Assembly: GCA_002104945.1 (NCBI GenBank)
Contig: MCFH01000002.1
Coordinates: 1,897,625 to 1,961,624 of the forward strand
Source: Piromyces finnis finn
Taxonomy: Eukaryota; Fungi; Neocallimastigomycota
Direction: 5' to 3'
Length of the DNA: 64,000 nucleotides
Of the stretch, positions 10,433 through 20,609 are shown in pieces; position 1 is the first letter of the stretch; every line of letters begins with the position of its first letter. Under the pieces are notes generated by a model that worked only from the letters and a program-made list of their open reading frames with translations, did not search any database and was not told the origin of the DNA. The translations under genes were made by a program, and so were the position numbers.

Positions 10433-12066
10433 TTATTCTTTATATCCATTTGGAACTTCAGGTGTAACTTCATTATCACTTGTAATTGCACAACATACTA
10501 AATATTTTTGATGAAGAATTTTATTTAATTTGGATGTTTTACATTTTTTATTTATACATGACTTTTTCTTTCTCTTTTCTATTACTAATACATTTTCTTT
10601 ATTTCTAAGTTTACTATCTCTAATAACTAAACTATTCTTATAATTATTAATAATTTCTTCAGCTAACTCTAATTTCTTTCTTTTATCTTCTTCTTCCTTT
10701 AATTTATTTTGTTCAATTCTTTCATTTATTTCTTCGTCAGTAGCGCAACAATTCATCTTGCAAAATTCAGACTTAAACTCTAATTTTTGATCCTTGAAGC
10801 TAATAATTGGATCATGTTTTCTTAACCATTTGTTCCCTAAAATAAGCGATACGTCCGAAGGTAGAGTAGTAATATAAAATTGAATAGACTCCTTGTGATT
10901 GCCGATAGACATGGTCAACGGGATCGTTTCATACTTCAGTAATCCATTTCCTCCCAGTCCTTCCACAAACTTGTCTTTCATCATTCTTTGGATTGGTATT
11001 CTATATTTGTTAACCGTTTTCCAATCCATGAATTCTAAGTCGGATCCTGAGTCAACTAACGCATTTAATGAGATTCCTCGGTTGACATGGAGTACAACAT
11101 CGAAAACATTCAACAGGTGCTGTTTCCTGTTTTCCTTAATCATGAATGCTTTTGGGTGGTTTGCCAATTTATCCTTGAGCATTGGGCAATCCTTCTTCAA
11201 ATGTCCTATTGATTTACAAATGAAACATTTCTTGGTCTTTTGTACTTTTTCCTCGTGATGAGAGTCTCGGTAATTGTTGAATTTCATCCCGTAATTCCCT
11301 TGGTAGAGTCGTTTCCCTAAATTTCGGTTATATCTTCTTCCTCTTTCTCCATCTATATTCATTGGGTCCTTTCCGTAGATTCTCCAGTCTTCTTCAATAT
11401 TGGCAGCCACAGTATTGATTAGATCATACAGCTTTCTTATCTTAGGATATACTAGTTTTGTCTTCTCCTGAACAGACGGCGGCAACCCTTCTACGAAGAA
11501 ATGTATCTTGGCTTCATCATCAAAAGACGAGTCTCTAGAGGTTTTTTCGAAACAGTCACAGTAATCCATCACACTTTTGAATTGCTTGTAGTTGAGCTTC
11601 GTTAATCTTTTATTGGCTACATCAGAACTTGTACAGGTCCTATATCTTGCTTGCATGGCGGCTTTTAAGTCTTCATAAGATTTCAATAAAGGGCTCTCTT
11701 CTTTCTCCAAGTCGGCATACCATTCGGCGGCGGGTCCAAGTAGCAGCTAAGTACATCAATCTTGTAAGCTTCGGTAGCATTCGGCCTTAGATTGTACTTG
11801 AAATATTTTTCGAGTCTAGCAAAGAAACTTGCTAACTCATCCCTCTTTCCATAAAACTTCGGTGGTCTTAGTATGAGGTTATCCCTGGCGTTAACGATTT
11901 TGCCATCCTCATGTTCTATTTCCATGGAGCTAGCCTCAGAATCGTTGTCACTGATTCCAGCTACTCCATTATCATTACAGTTGTCAATATACCTATATTC
12001 CCCGTTCATACCGAAATATATTATTATCCACCAAGCAATAAAATCTAAACTATTCCTTATATCCAA
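10433..12066 (-). pseudogene. gag: Gag-PR of element D, split by a 1-nt frameshift near 11745 and ending at the RT linker
   Basis: ORFs 11683-12066 (RPPKFYGKRDEL) and 10433-11710 (CFICKSIGHLKKDC, LVDSGS) join if one base is restored, giving GPAAEWYADLEKEE. Confidence 0.85.
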
Positions 12067-12296
12067 AATTTTAATTCTCTATTATCCAAATCCTACAAAT
12101 TCCTTTCTATTCTATAATTCAATTTTTTTTTTATTTATTAATAACACTATACTATTCTATCTATTATATTTATTCTATTATTATTCACAGTTTTTTTTTT
12201 TTAAATATATCCCCGAATTTAATTCTAATATTAAATTCTCACTATTAAATTTTTTTTTTTTAATTCCCACACAAAGGTAAATCCACTATCCTAAAA

Positions 12297-12307
12297 AGTT
12301 GGAAAAT
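12297..12307 (-). promoter_or_regulatory. Self-priming PBS of element D (ATTTTCCAACT)
   Basis: It abuts the LTR end. Its complement AGTTGGAAAAT lies inside the LTR at 12623-12633. Confidence 0.8.
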
Positions 12308-13133
12308 TGTAAAACATTTAATTTAAATCTAACCTTTAAATTAAATTATTGGATTTAGGTTTGTGCTACTCTAATTTTAAAACAAAACAAACAAACAAGA
12401 CAACAACAGAAAAACTTCTAATTTAATTCTTAGTAATCTTTTATTTAACTTTATTCCTTTAATTTATGACAACTGCCGATTACTTTACCACGAAGGTTAT
12501 TTGACCAGAGCCTTCGCTAGGTAATCGGTTTTTTTTTTAAATAAAATAAAAAAATGTTTTATTATAACTTTATCAATAATCTAATATTATTAATACTAAT
12601 TAATTAATTACTAATAATTACTATTTTCCAACTATCGTTTCAATAGTTGAAAAATTCTCTTTATTTATACTTTTTAAATAAATTGAATAAATTCTAATAT
12701 ACATGCTTTAATATTATAATTTTACATTGTTTACATTTATACATTTATTAAAAGAAATTATTTGTATTAAACTATTTAAATTCAATTTATTTACTAAAGA
12801 ATTTTCTAAACTTAAAATAAAGTTTTGATTTATTTACTATATGGTTGATTATATTTCAAACATATATTTAATTTATTTATTTCTAATTTTGAGGCTTAGT
12901 TTATAAAAAAAATTTTTTATTATCTAAAATATTTATTGGCTAAAAGTTATTTAATTTAAAATTCTATTTTATCATCAAAACTTTATCTTATCAATAAGTT
13001 AAATTTTACATAAATTTATGTTAATGTATTGTGATGTAAATTTTAGTAAAATTTACGGTACATTAATTCAATACATTATACATTAATCTACATACGTATT
13101 AAATACATTATTTAACTAATGCAATATTTTACA
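12308..13133 (-). repeat. Y-type 5' LTR (826 bp), inserted in the PPT of element G2
   Basis: It has TG..CA ends and is homologous to 52464-53245 and 37813-37848. The right flank cctcctcgagg is a split G-type PPT. Confidence 0.8.
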
Positions 13134-13381
13134 CCTCCTCGAGGATTCGGATACCAGACGAATCGAAAAGAACTAAACTAATTTATTAAATATTTAATCG
13201 AGTGAGATTTTTTTTTTTTTTTTTTTACATTATAAGATTTTAATTACATGAAAATATATTTTAAAATAACTAAACTAAAATTAAGAAAATAATAATTTTT
13301 TTTTTTTTTAAAATCTCTTTTCTCTTTTCATTTACTATAAAATAAAATAATATAAAACAATATAAATTAAAGTTTAACATT

Positions 13382-14115
13382 TCAATTTCTTTCATTAAAT
13401 TTCTTGAGTAATTCTTCACAATTGAGATTTTTTTCAGGTTCCCATGAAGCCTCGTTGAGAGAGTATCCTTTCCATTTTATCAAATATTGAGTTTTTCCGT
13501 AATGTTTCCTTTTATCTAGAATTTCTTCAACTTCATATTCTTCTTCGTTGTCAACAATGATGGGTGGCGGTGGAGGTTGTGATCTTTCGAATTTATCCTT
13601 GAAATATGGTTCGAGATTGGAGACGTGGACAACAGGATGTATCTTTATTGACTTCGGAAGTTTAAGTTTAAATGAAACATCAGAGATTTTCTTTGAAGTT
13701 TTAAATGGACCGAGTTTTCTTGGTTTGAATTTTTTGTTTCCTTTGTGGATAATTAAAGAACTATTTAACCAGACCATATCTCCAACCATGAATTTTGGTG
13801 CGTCTTTCCTGAGTTTATCAGCATACTTCTTTTGGGACTCGATAGCAGCTTTTAAGTTTTCTTTAAGAGTATTAATCAAGGACTTAAAATCTTTTGTATA
13901 TTCTTCTGCTCTTGGGACATTTGACTGATCTGGAATAACTGGTGAATGTCTTGGATGGAAACCGTAGTTTGCAAAGAATGGTGAAATTTTTGATGATTCT
14001 TGAACTGAATTATTATAACTGAATTCAGCAAGACTAAGAAAATTTTTCCAATCGGACCCTTTATAGTTTGAGAAGCATCTTAAGTATTGTTCAATAACGG
14101 AGTTTACCCTCTCCG
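13382..14115 (-). pseudogene. pol: Element G2 fragment: integrase C-terminus, GPY/F motif and canonical chromodomain
   Basis: It contains [20 protein letters not shown] and [38 protein letters not shown]. It is cut at 14115/14116 by the G 3' LTR. Confidence 0.92.
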
Positions 14116-14554
14116 TGTAAAGAAATGTGTCTTTAACAATAAAACAAATTATAATATTTACTAAATAACTTAGTAATATTAACACTTTAAAATATTCTGT
14201 AAATTATTAATTTATAAAAATATCATTAAAAACACATAGAATTTAACTTAATAAGTTAGTGTTTAATAATATAATTATTTATTAATAAAATCTCGATTCT
14301 TTAAAATATTTGGGAAAATTCACTCGTATTTATACTAAAAATTTTTTAAATTAATTTATAAAATTTTTTCAACTTAAAATTCTTAACCAATCAATAATCT
14401 TCATATAAAATAAAATTTAAAAATAAAATAAAATAAAATAAAATTATAATTTTTTTAAAATAGTATCTATGAGGTCTCGAACTAGTGTCATTCAGACTCA
14501 AAGTCTTAGCTACTAACCACTAAGACAATTTAGTTATTTCTAGTATTCATTACA
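14116..14554 (-). repeat. 3' LTR of element G (G-type, 439 bp)
   Basis: Sense reads tgtaatgaatac...catttctttaca. It is near-identical to 27744-28170 and 43998-44433. Confidence 0.95.
14455..14535 (-). other. tRNA-Gln(TTG)-like cassette with A-box/B-box inside the G-type LTR (not a foldable tRNA)
   Basis: Sense reads GTCT TAGTGGTTAG TAGC TAAGA CTTTGAG TCTGA ATGAC ACTAG TTCGAGA CC, which is in tRNA register, followed by TTTT. Acceptor and T stems do not pair. Confidence 0.5.
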
Positions 14555-14603
14555 TGGTCCTCCTCCAGGATTCGGATACCAGACGAATCTAGAATTTTAA
14601 TAT

Positions 14604-15736
14604 TGTGAAGATATTAACTGGATTTAAAACAAATTCAGATAATATCTATAATTAATTAAACATAATAATTATAATTAAATAATTTCAATAATTATTTTAA
14701 AACACTTTTAAAAGTCACCTTTTAAATTTTGATTCAGTGAAAGGGTTATGATTTCAAAAATTTAATATCAATATACTATAACCCTTAACCAAAAATAAGC
14801 AAGTACGAAATAAGGTGTAACTCGCCAAAAACGATCGCTACGGCTATAAGTACTACGGTGATGAAACTAGGTTTATTGGAAAGCTTAGGAAGAAAGCTAC
14901 AATTTGGTACAATCGCGGTCCTTCTAACTGATCATTTAAGGAAGTTATGATCATTTAAAGATTTTATTAGGTAAATTAAAATCAATATGATATCAAGTAT
15001 GGATCATAAATATTTCTTATGACTTGATGAAATTAAAAATATATCAATAGGAATTTTAGTTATATTAATTTAATTAATGATAACGATTGTTACTAAAAAT
15101 AGAACTAGACCCATTTAGGTGTAACAGTTAATACCTATAAATTAAATAATCTTAATTATTATAAAATAGGTTAACGGCAAGTTTTATTAGAAATAATTTT
15201 GAAAATAATAATTATTTAGTTATAACAAATATGTTATGGTAATATCAATTAATAATGATGAATTATTAATTGAATAGTTTTTATAATTACTAATTAGGAT
15301 CAACTGTTTAAATGATTAATCATATGTTTATTTTATTTTATGTCATGACAAACAAACAAACAAACAAACAAACAATCTTATTACTTATTTAATTATATTA
15401 CTAATATATTATATGTAATACTTTATTCTTATTAATATCAATTTAATAATCTGAACAAAGAATATAAAAGAGAATGAATTGAATTCGATTTTAATTCTTT
15501 GTAAAGATTATAGTTATAATCTTAATTATATAGTTACTTATAATATCATTTATATTATTATTAAATAAATAAAAAATTTATAAAAAGTTACTTTAAAGTA
15601 AATATAAATTTTTCATTTTTCATTTGGGAGTTTAAGGTGTTATTTTATAATTAAATTTAATTTCTTAAAAAACATTTTTACTATATAATTAATAACATTC
15701 TGACCTGGCCGCATAACCAAACCCAAAAACTTAACA
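14604..15736 (+). repeat. 5' LTR of element F
   Basis: It runs tgtgaagat...cttaaca and is duplicated at 21013-22145. Confidence 0.97.
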
Positions 15737-15747
15737 ATAATCTTTAC
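15737..15747 (+). promoter_or_regulatory. Self-priming PBS of element F (ATAATCTTTAC)
   Basis: Its exact complement GTAAAGATTAT lies at 15501-15511 in the LTR. Confidence 0.85.
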
Positions 15748-15771
15748 CCGCTGTTTAGTGGCTACTTTAGA

Positions 15772-16797
15772 ATGTTCACTCCGGTTCCTAATTTCCCAGA
15801 CGAGGTAAACCAACTAAGAGAGGATGCTACTCAGACTGCCAAGGATATCATTGAGGGTATCAATGAAAATTTGGTTTTCCGTGAAGATTTTCAAAATTTT
15901 TCCAATGATGTGAATAATCGTTTAAATGAAATCATGAGTGTATTAACCAATATGAATAATAATCAAACTGCTCAGAATGAAGGTGAACAACCATTGTTAC
16001 ATACCAATTATGATAGGATAGCTACTCCAAGACCTACTGTCTTTAGAGATGATGAATCTACTTCAACAAGATTTGATTTGGATCATGATGTTATCATGAG
16101 AGGCCGTTTTGCTACTCCAATCACTCAAGTGCCAGATCCAGGTATGTTCTCCGGTAAGACTAGTGATACCGATTTGTTTTGTCAATTATGTGAAGATACT
16201 TTCAAAACTCTACCAAATCGAACTTTACCAGAAGAAACAAAAATTAATTTTGTACAATCCCGTCTTCGTGATGCTGCTAGAAATTGGTATCTTGCCAAGT
16301 ACAAGGATAATATTTATCCATCTACCATGCAAGAATTGTTGGATGGACTAAGAATTGCTTTCTCAAATGTTGCTAGTTACAAGATAGCTAAAATCAAAAT
16401 AATGCGTTTAAAACAACAATATGGTAAAATAAATGATTATATCGAGGAATTCCGCTCTCTTTCACAACAATTTAAATGGAATGAAGAAGCATTATCTTTA
16501 ATCTTTTATAATGGTTTACATCCCAAATATCAGGAAGAAATTGAAAAGATGGAGGTATTTCCAACCACCATGGAGTCCATTATAACTAGATGTATTTTGA
16601 TCGAAAGTTCTCTTTCTACAAAGAATAAGATTAACCAGTCTTCCAACTCTAAATCTAACAAGAAAAGAAATTCACATTTCAACCACCACAGATCATACAA
16701 CAACAACAACAACAATAACAACAATAACTTCCAAAAATATAATAATAATTACAATAACAACAATTATAAAGCTCAAAAAATTAGTTCAAAAAACTAA
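15772..16797 (+). CDS. gag: Gag of element F (no CCHC knuckle, Asn-rich tail)
   Basis: It contains QVPDPGMFSG, SRLRDAARNWY and IFYNGLHPKYQ, and is homologous to H Gag. Confidence 0.92.
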   Translation: MFTPVPNFPDEVNQLREDATQTAKDIIEGINENLVFREDFQNFSNDVNNRLNEIMSVLTNMNNNQTAQNEGEQPLLHTNYDRIATPRPTVFRDDESTSTRFDLDHDVIMRGRFATPITQVPDPGMFSGKTSDTDLFCQLCEDTFKTLPNRTLPEETKINFVQSRLRDAARNWYLAKYKDNIYPSTMQELLDGLRIAFSNVASYKIAKIKIMRLKQQYGKINDYIEEFRSLSQQFKWNEEALSLIFYNGLHPKYQEEIEKMEVFPTTMESIITRCILIESSLSTKNKINQSSNSKSNKKRNSHFNHHRSYNNNNNNNNNNFQKYNNNYNNNNYKAQKISSKN

Positions 16798-16820
16798 ATA
16801 AAGGACTTCCATTGAAGTCC
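16788..16820 (+). promoter_or_regulatory. Predicted -1 ribosomal frameshift signal of element F
   Basis: The slippery heptamer A AAA AAC (16788-16794) precedes the gag stop. After an 8-nt spacer comes the hairpin GGACTTC-catt-GAAGTCC, and the -1 frame is open into pol. Confidence 0.85.
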
Positions 16821-19800
16821 CATCACCACTCGAATACAAAAATATTAAACTACACTTTTCCCACTATCAACAAAGATAATACATTACCTTCAACGTTTTT
16901 TACTTTTAATACATATGTATTATCCAATAATGGAGGTACAAATAATGTACATAATAAAATTGCATGTACATCACTATTAGATAGTGGATCTTATTGTAAT
17001 TTTATGTCGTACAAACTATTACGTACATTACAATTACATCCTCATAAAATTAATAATGTTATCACTGTACAAGGTATCAGTGGTACTTCAATTGAACTTG
17101 ATGAATATATCAACCTAAACTTTCAGTTAAAACTATTTATCAACAATAAATTCCATTTCATCAATTTCAAAGAAAAATTTTTACTAGCGGATTATATTCC
17201 GACAGATTTATTATTTGGAAATATATTCATGTCCAAATATGAAATTCATTATAATTATAATAAAAATTATTTATATTCAAATTTAAAATATGATTTTAAC
17301 AGAAAGAAATTCAATATGAAGCATGCTACTAAATTTTTAAAATTAGAACAATTCATTTCTTATAATAGAAATGACATAAATGTTACACCTACCACTTCTA
17401 CAGGTGTAAATAACACAAAAAATAAAAATAAAAATTATTCCACCAATTTTTATAATTTAAAAAATAAAATTCATAATTTTTATTTCAGATCTAAAACCTT
17501 TAGTAAGAAGAAAAATGGTCGATTTCACAAATTTAACCCTAAACGTTCCAAATTTTTTAGAAAAGTTATATTAAATAAAAATAATTATGATAGATATAAT
17601 TATAATTATTTAATTCATACTTTTTTGTCCGAAAAACCAGAAGAAGTAAGCAATTTAGAAGAACATACTATTGAGGATATTCCAAAACCCTATCGAGATT
17701 TGGCAAAAGTTTTCAGCAAACAAGAAGCTGATAAACTACCACCACATAGAATTACAGATTGTAAAATAGTACTAGAAAAAGATGCTACTCTTCACTATGG
17801 TCCCATCTATCCCTTATCAGAAGAAGAATCAAAAGTTTTAGAAGAGTATATCAAGGAAAATTTAGAAAAAGGCTTTATTAGACCATCCGAATCACCTGCA
17901 GGATATCCAGTGGTATTTCAGAAAAAGAAAGATGGTACTCTTAGAGTTTGTATTGATTATAAAAAACTCAATTCTGTAACGATACGTAACTCCTACCCAA
18001 TACCACTTATTACCGACATTATAGAACGTGTCAAAGGTGCAAAGTATTTCACCAAGCTCGACTTACGCTCTGCTTATAATTTAGTTAGAATAAGAAATGG
18101 TGATGAATATAAAACTGCTTTTCGCACAAAGTTTGGTCACTATGAATATTTAGTGATGCCATTTGGTTTACGTAACGCTCCTGCTACTTTTCAGGCATTT
18201 ATAAATTCTGTTCTCAGACCTTTCTTGGAAAAATCTGTTATTCTCTATTTGGATGATATTCTTATATTTTCAAAAACCTTAGAAGAACACCACCAACATG
18301 TACGTGAAGTTCTTTCTAAACTATTAGAAAATAATTTATATGCTAAACTTCCTAAATGTGAATTTGACAAACCACAAGTTGAATTCTTAGGATATGTTAT
18401 TTCAGGTTCAGGAATTGCTACCGACCCAAAAAAGATAGAGTCAATCAAAAATTGGCCTATTCCTACTACAGTTAAGGATGTACAAAGATTTTTAGGTCTT
18501 TGTAACTACTATAGACGCTTTGTAATGAATTTTGCAGACTTGGCTAAACCCCTCCACAACCTAACAAAAAAGAATGCAAAGTTCAAATGGTCCACAGAAT
18601 GTGAATCCTCATTTAACATTTTAAAAACGCGTTTAACTTCAGCACCTATTTTATCACATCCTGATCCTCAAAAACAATATATTTTAGAATGTGATGCAAG
18701 TAATGTTGCTATCGGTTCTATACTTTCTCAATATGATTCAGAAAATCGTCTACATCCTGTTGCTTACTACTCCAGAAGTCTAAGTAGTTCTGAAGTTAAT
18801 TATTCTATAACAGATAAAGAACTATTAGCCATTAAGGATTCTTTCTCTACTTGGAGGCACCTTCTTCTTGGTGCTAAATATAAAATAAAAGTTTACACTG
18901 ATCATAGAAATTTACTTTATACTCTTGGAGGAAAGGTAGGTAATCAAAGACAACATCGTTGGCACCTTTTCTTTCATGAATACGACTTTGAACTTATATA
19001 CAGACAAGGTCGTAAGAATGGTAAACCTGATTGTCTATCTCGCAGACCTGACTACATGGATAGGACTTATGAAGAAAAGCCAGAATATATTTTAGACTCA
19101 AAAAATGTAAAACTAATACCAAGTTTCATTGGTATTATGAGTAACTTCTTGGAACAAGTTATTCAATACTTAAAGGACGACGAAACTGCTAAGGATATTA
19201 TGCTATATTTCAGCCCACATAATGACCAAAAGGCTTATAGACCATTTAGGAAAATGAACAAGTTTGAATTAAAAAATAATCTTATTTTATATAATAACTT
19301 AGTTTATATCCCTGAGAAACTACGTTTAGATGTTCTTATGAAATATCATGAACAACCCTCTGCTGGACATCTTGGTATAAAAAGGACTTTAGAATTGATA
19401 ACTCGAAATTTTTGGTGGCCTAAAATTAAGGATGATGTCACTAAATTTGTTAATTCTTGTGAGACATGCACAAGAAATAAAGTAACTAGACATCGGAAAT
19501 ATGGAAAATTACAACCTTTAGATACTCCAGAACGTCCATGGAAATCTATAGAAATTGACTTTCTTTGTGGCCTTCCTGAGTCTAAAGGGTACACCGTAAT
19601 TATGGTAGTGGTTGACCGCTTTTCTAAAATGATTCACTTAGTGCCGTTTAAACAAGTTCCAAACGCAGCACAAACTGCAAAAGCTTTTTTGAACAATGTA
19701 TATCGTTTACATGGTCTCCCTTATGACCTATATACTGATAGAGGCTCACAATTTACAAGTGATGTTTGGCTCGAATTTTTGGATTTATTATATATTCATC

Positions 19801-20609
19801 CAAGAATAGCTACTACTGACCACCATGAAACTGTTGGACAGGTCGAGAGGTCAAATTCTTTTATTGAACAGTATCTTAGATGTTATTCCAAGTCTTTCTA
19901 TCATGACGACTGGGTTGATTGGCTTCCACTTGCAGAATTCGCCTATAACAACGCTGTTAATGAATCAACCAAAGAAACACCATTCTTCATTAATTATGGT
20001 TTCCACCCTCCGATGGATGAAATGACCCTATTACCACAATGTAATATTAATCATAAACTAGTTCAAAACGTTAATGATGCATTCAACCACATAAAAGAAG
20101 TGTTACTACGCTCCAAAGAGTTGTATAAAAGAAGAGTGGATAAAAGTCGTTTAGAAGCTCCAAAATTTAAAATTGATGATTTAGTTTGGATTCAAGCCCC
20201 ACCTTCTCTAAATATTGAAAATAGTTCCAAATTAGCTCCTTGTAAATATGGTCCATATAAAATAACTCAAGTTTTGAGAAATAACAATTATGAAATCGAT
20301 ATCAAAAAATCACCTTTTCCCAAACACTATCCAATATTTCATGTATCTGAGTTGGAACCTTATAGATCAACTCCAAAAGAATTTTTAAATAGAACTGCGG
20401 ATCCAGAATCAATAAAAGATATAGTGGAAATATCTGGATTCCGTACAAATTATAAACAACAACGATATGAATATAAAATTCGATACAAATACCGTTCCGC
20501 TTATAATTGGGTACCAGCAAGTGAAGTAGAAGACAATCCACGTAATCAATACATTTATCAAAAATATTTAAAAAGTGGACGACATTATGCTTCTATAGCA
20601 TATAATTAA
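16788..20609 (+). CDS. pol: Pol of element F (PR, RT, RNase H, integrase, divergent chromodomain), in the -1 frame relative to gag
   Basis: Motifs are LLDSGS, YLDDILI, ECDAS, HEQPSAGHLG..C..C, YGPY and YEYKIRYKYRSAYNWVPAS. Confidence 0.95.
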   Translation, partial: KKLNKGLPLKSHHHSNTKILNYTFPTINKDNTLPSTFFTFNTYVLSNNGGTNNVHNKIACTSLLDSGSYCNFMSYKLLRTLQLHPHKINNVITVQGISGTSIELDEYINLNFQLKLFINNKFHFINFKEKFLLADYIPTDLLFGNIFMSKYEIHYNYNKNYLYSNLKYDFNRKKFNMKHATKFLKLEQFISYNRNDINVTPTTSTGVNNTKNKNKNYSTNFYNLKNKIHNFYFRSKTFSKKKNGRFHKFNPKRSKFFRKVILNKNNYDRYNYNYLIHTFLSEKPEEVSNLEEHTIEDIPKPYRDLAKVFSKQEADKLPPHRITDCKIVLEKDATLHYGPIYPLSEEESKVLEEYIKENLEKGFIRPSESPAGYPVVFQKKKDGTLRVCIDYKKLNSVTIRNSYPIPLITDIIERVKGAKYFTKLDLRSAYNLVRIRNGDEYKTAFRTKFGHYEYLVMPFGLRNAPATFQAFINSVLRPFLEKSVILYLDDILIFSKTLEEHHQHVREVLSKLLENNLYAKLPKCEFDKPQVEFLGYVISGSGIATDPKKIESIKNWPIPTTVKDVQRFLGLCNYYRRFVMNFADLAKPLHNLTKKNAKFKWSTECESSFNILKTRLTSAPILSHPDPQKQYILECDASNVAIGSILSQYDSENRLHPVAYYSRSLSSSEVNYSITDKELLAIKDSFSTWRHLLLGAKYKIKVYTDHRNLLYTLGGKVGNQRQHRWHLFFHEYDFELIYRQGRKNGKPDCLSRRPDYMDRTYEEKPEYILDSKNVKLIPSFIGIMSNFLEQVIQYLKDDETAKDIMLYFSPHNDQKAYRPFRKMNKFELKNNLILYNNLVYIPEKLRLDVLMKYHEQPSAGHLGIKRTLELITRNFWWPKIKDDVTKFVNSCETCTRNKVTRHRKYGKLQPLDTPERPWKSIEIDFLCGLPESKGYTVIMVVVDRFSKMIHLVPFKQVPNAAQTAKAFLNNVYRLHGLPYDLYTDRGSQFTSDVWLEFLDLLYIHPRIATTDHHETVGQVERSNSFIEQYLRCYSKSFYHDDWVDWLPLAEFAYNNAVNESTKETPFFINYGFHPPMDEMTLLPQCNINHKLVQNVNDAFNHIKEVLLRSKELYKRRVDKSRLEAPKFKIDDLVWIQAPPSLNIENSSKLAPCKYGPYKITQVLRNNNYEIDIKKSPFPKHYPIFHVSELEPYRSTPKEFLNRTADPESIKDIVEISGFRTNYKQQRYEYKIRYKYRSAYNWVPASEVEDNPRNQYIYQKYLKSGRHYASIAYN

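Larger units (their letters stand above)
10091..13133 (-). mobile_element. Chimeric non-autonomous element D: Y-type 5' LTR, gag and PR fused to a C/E-type chromodomain relic, PPT and LTR
   Basis: The 5' LTR (12308-13133) is unrelated to the 3' LTR (10090 downward). RT, RNase H and the integrase core are absent. Confidence 0.8.

Noticed and set aside
14455-14535. Functional tRNA-Gln gene
   Set aside because: The acceptor and T stems do not pair and the D stem is poor. It is kept only as a tRNA-like promoter candidate.
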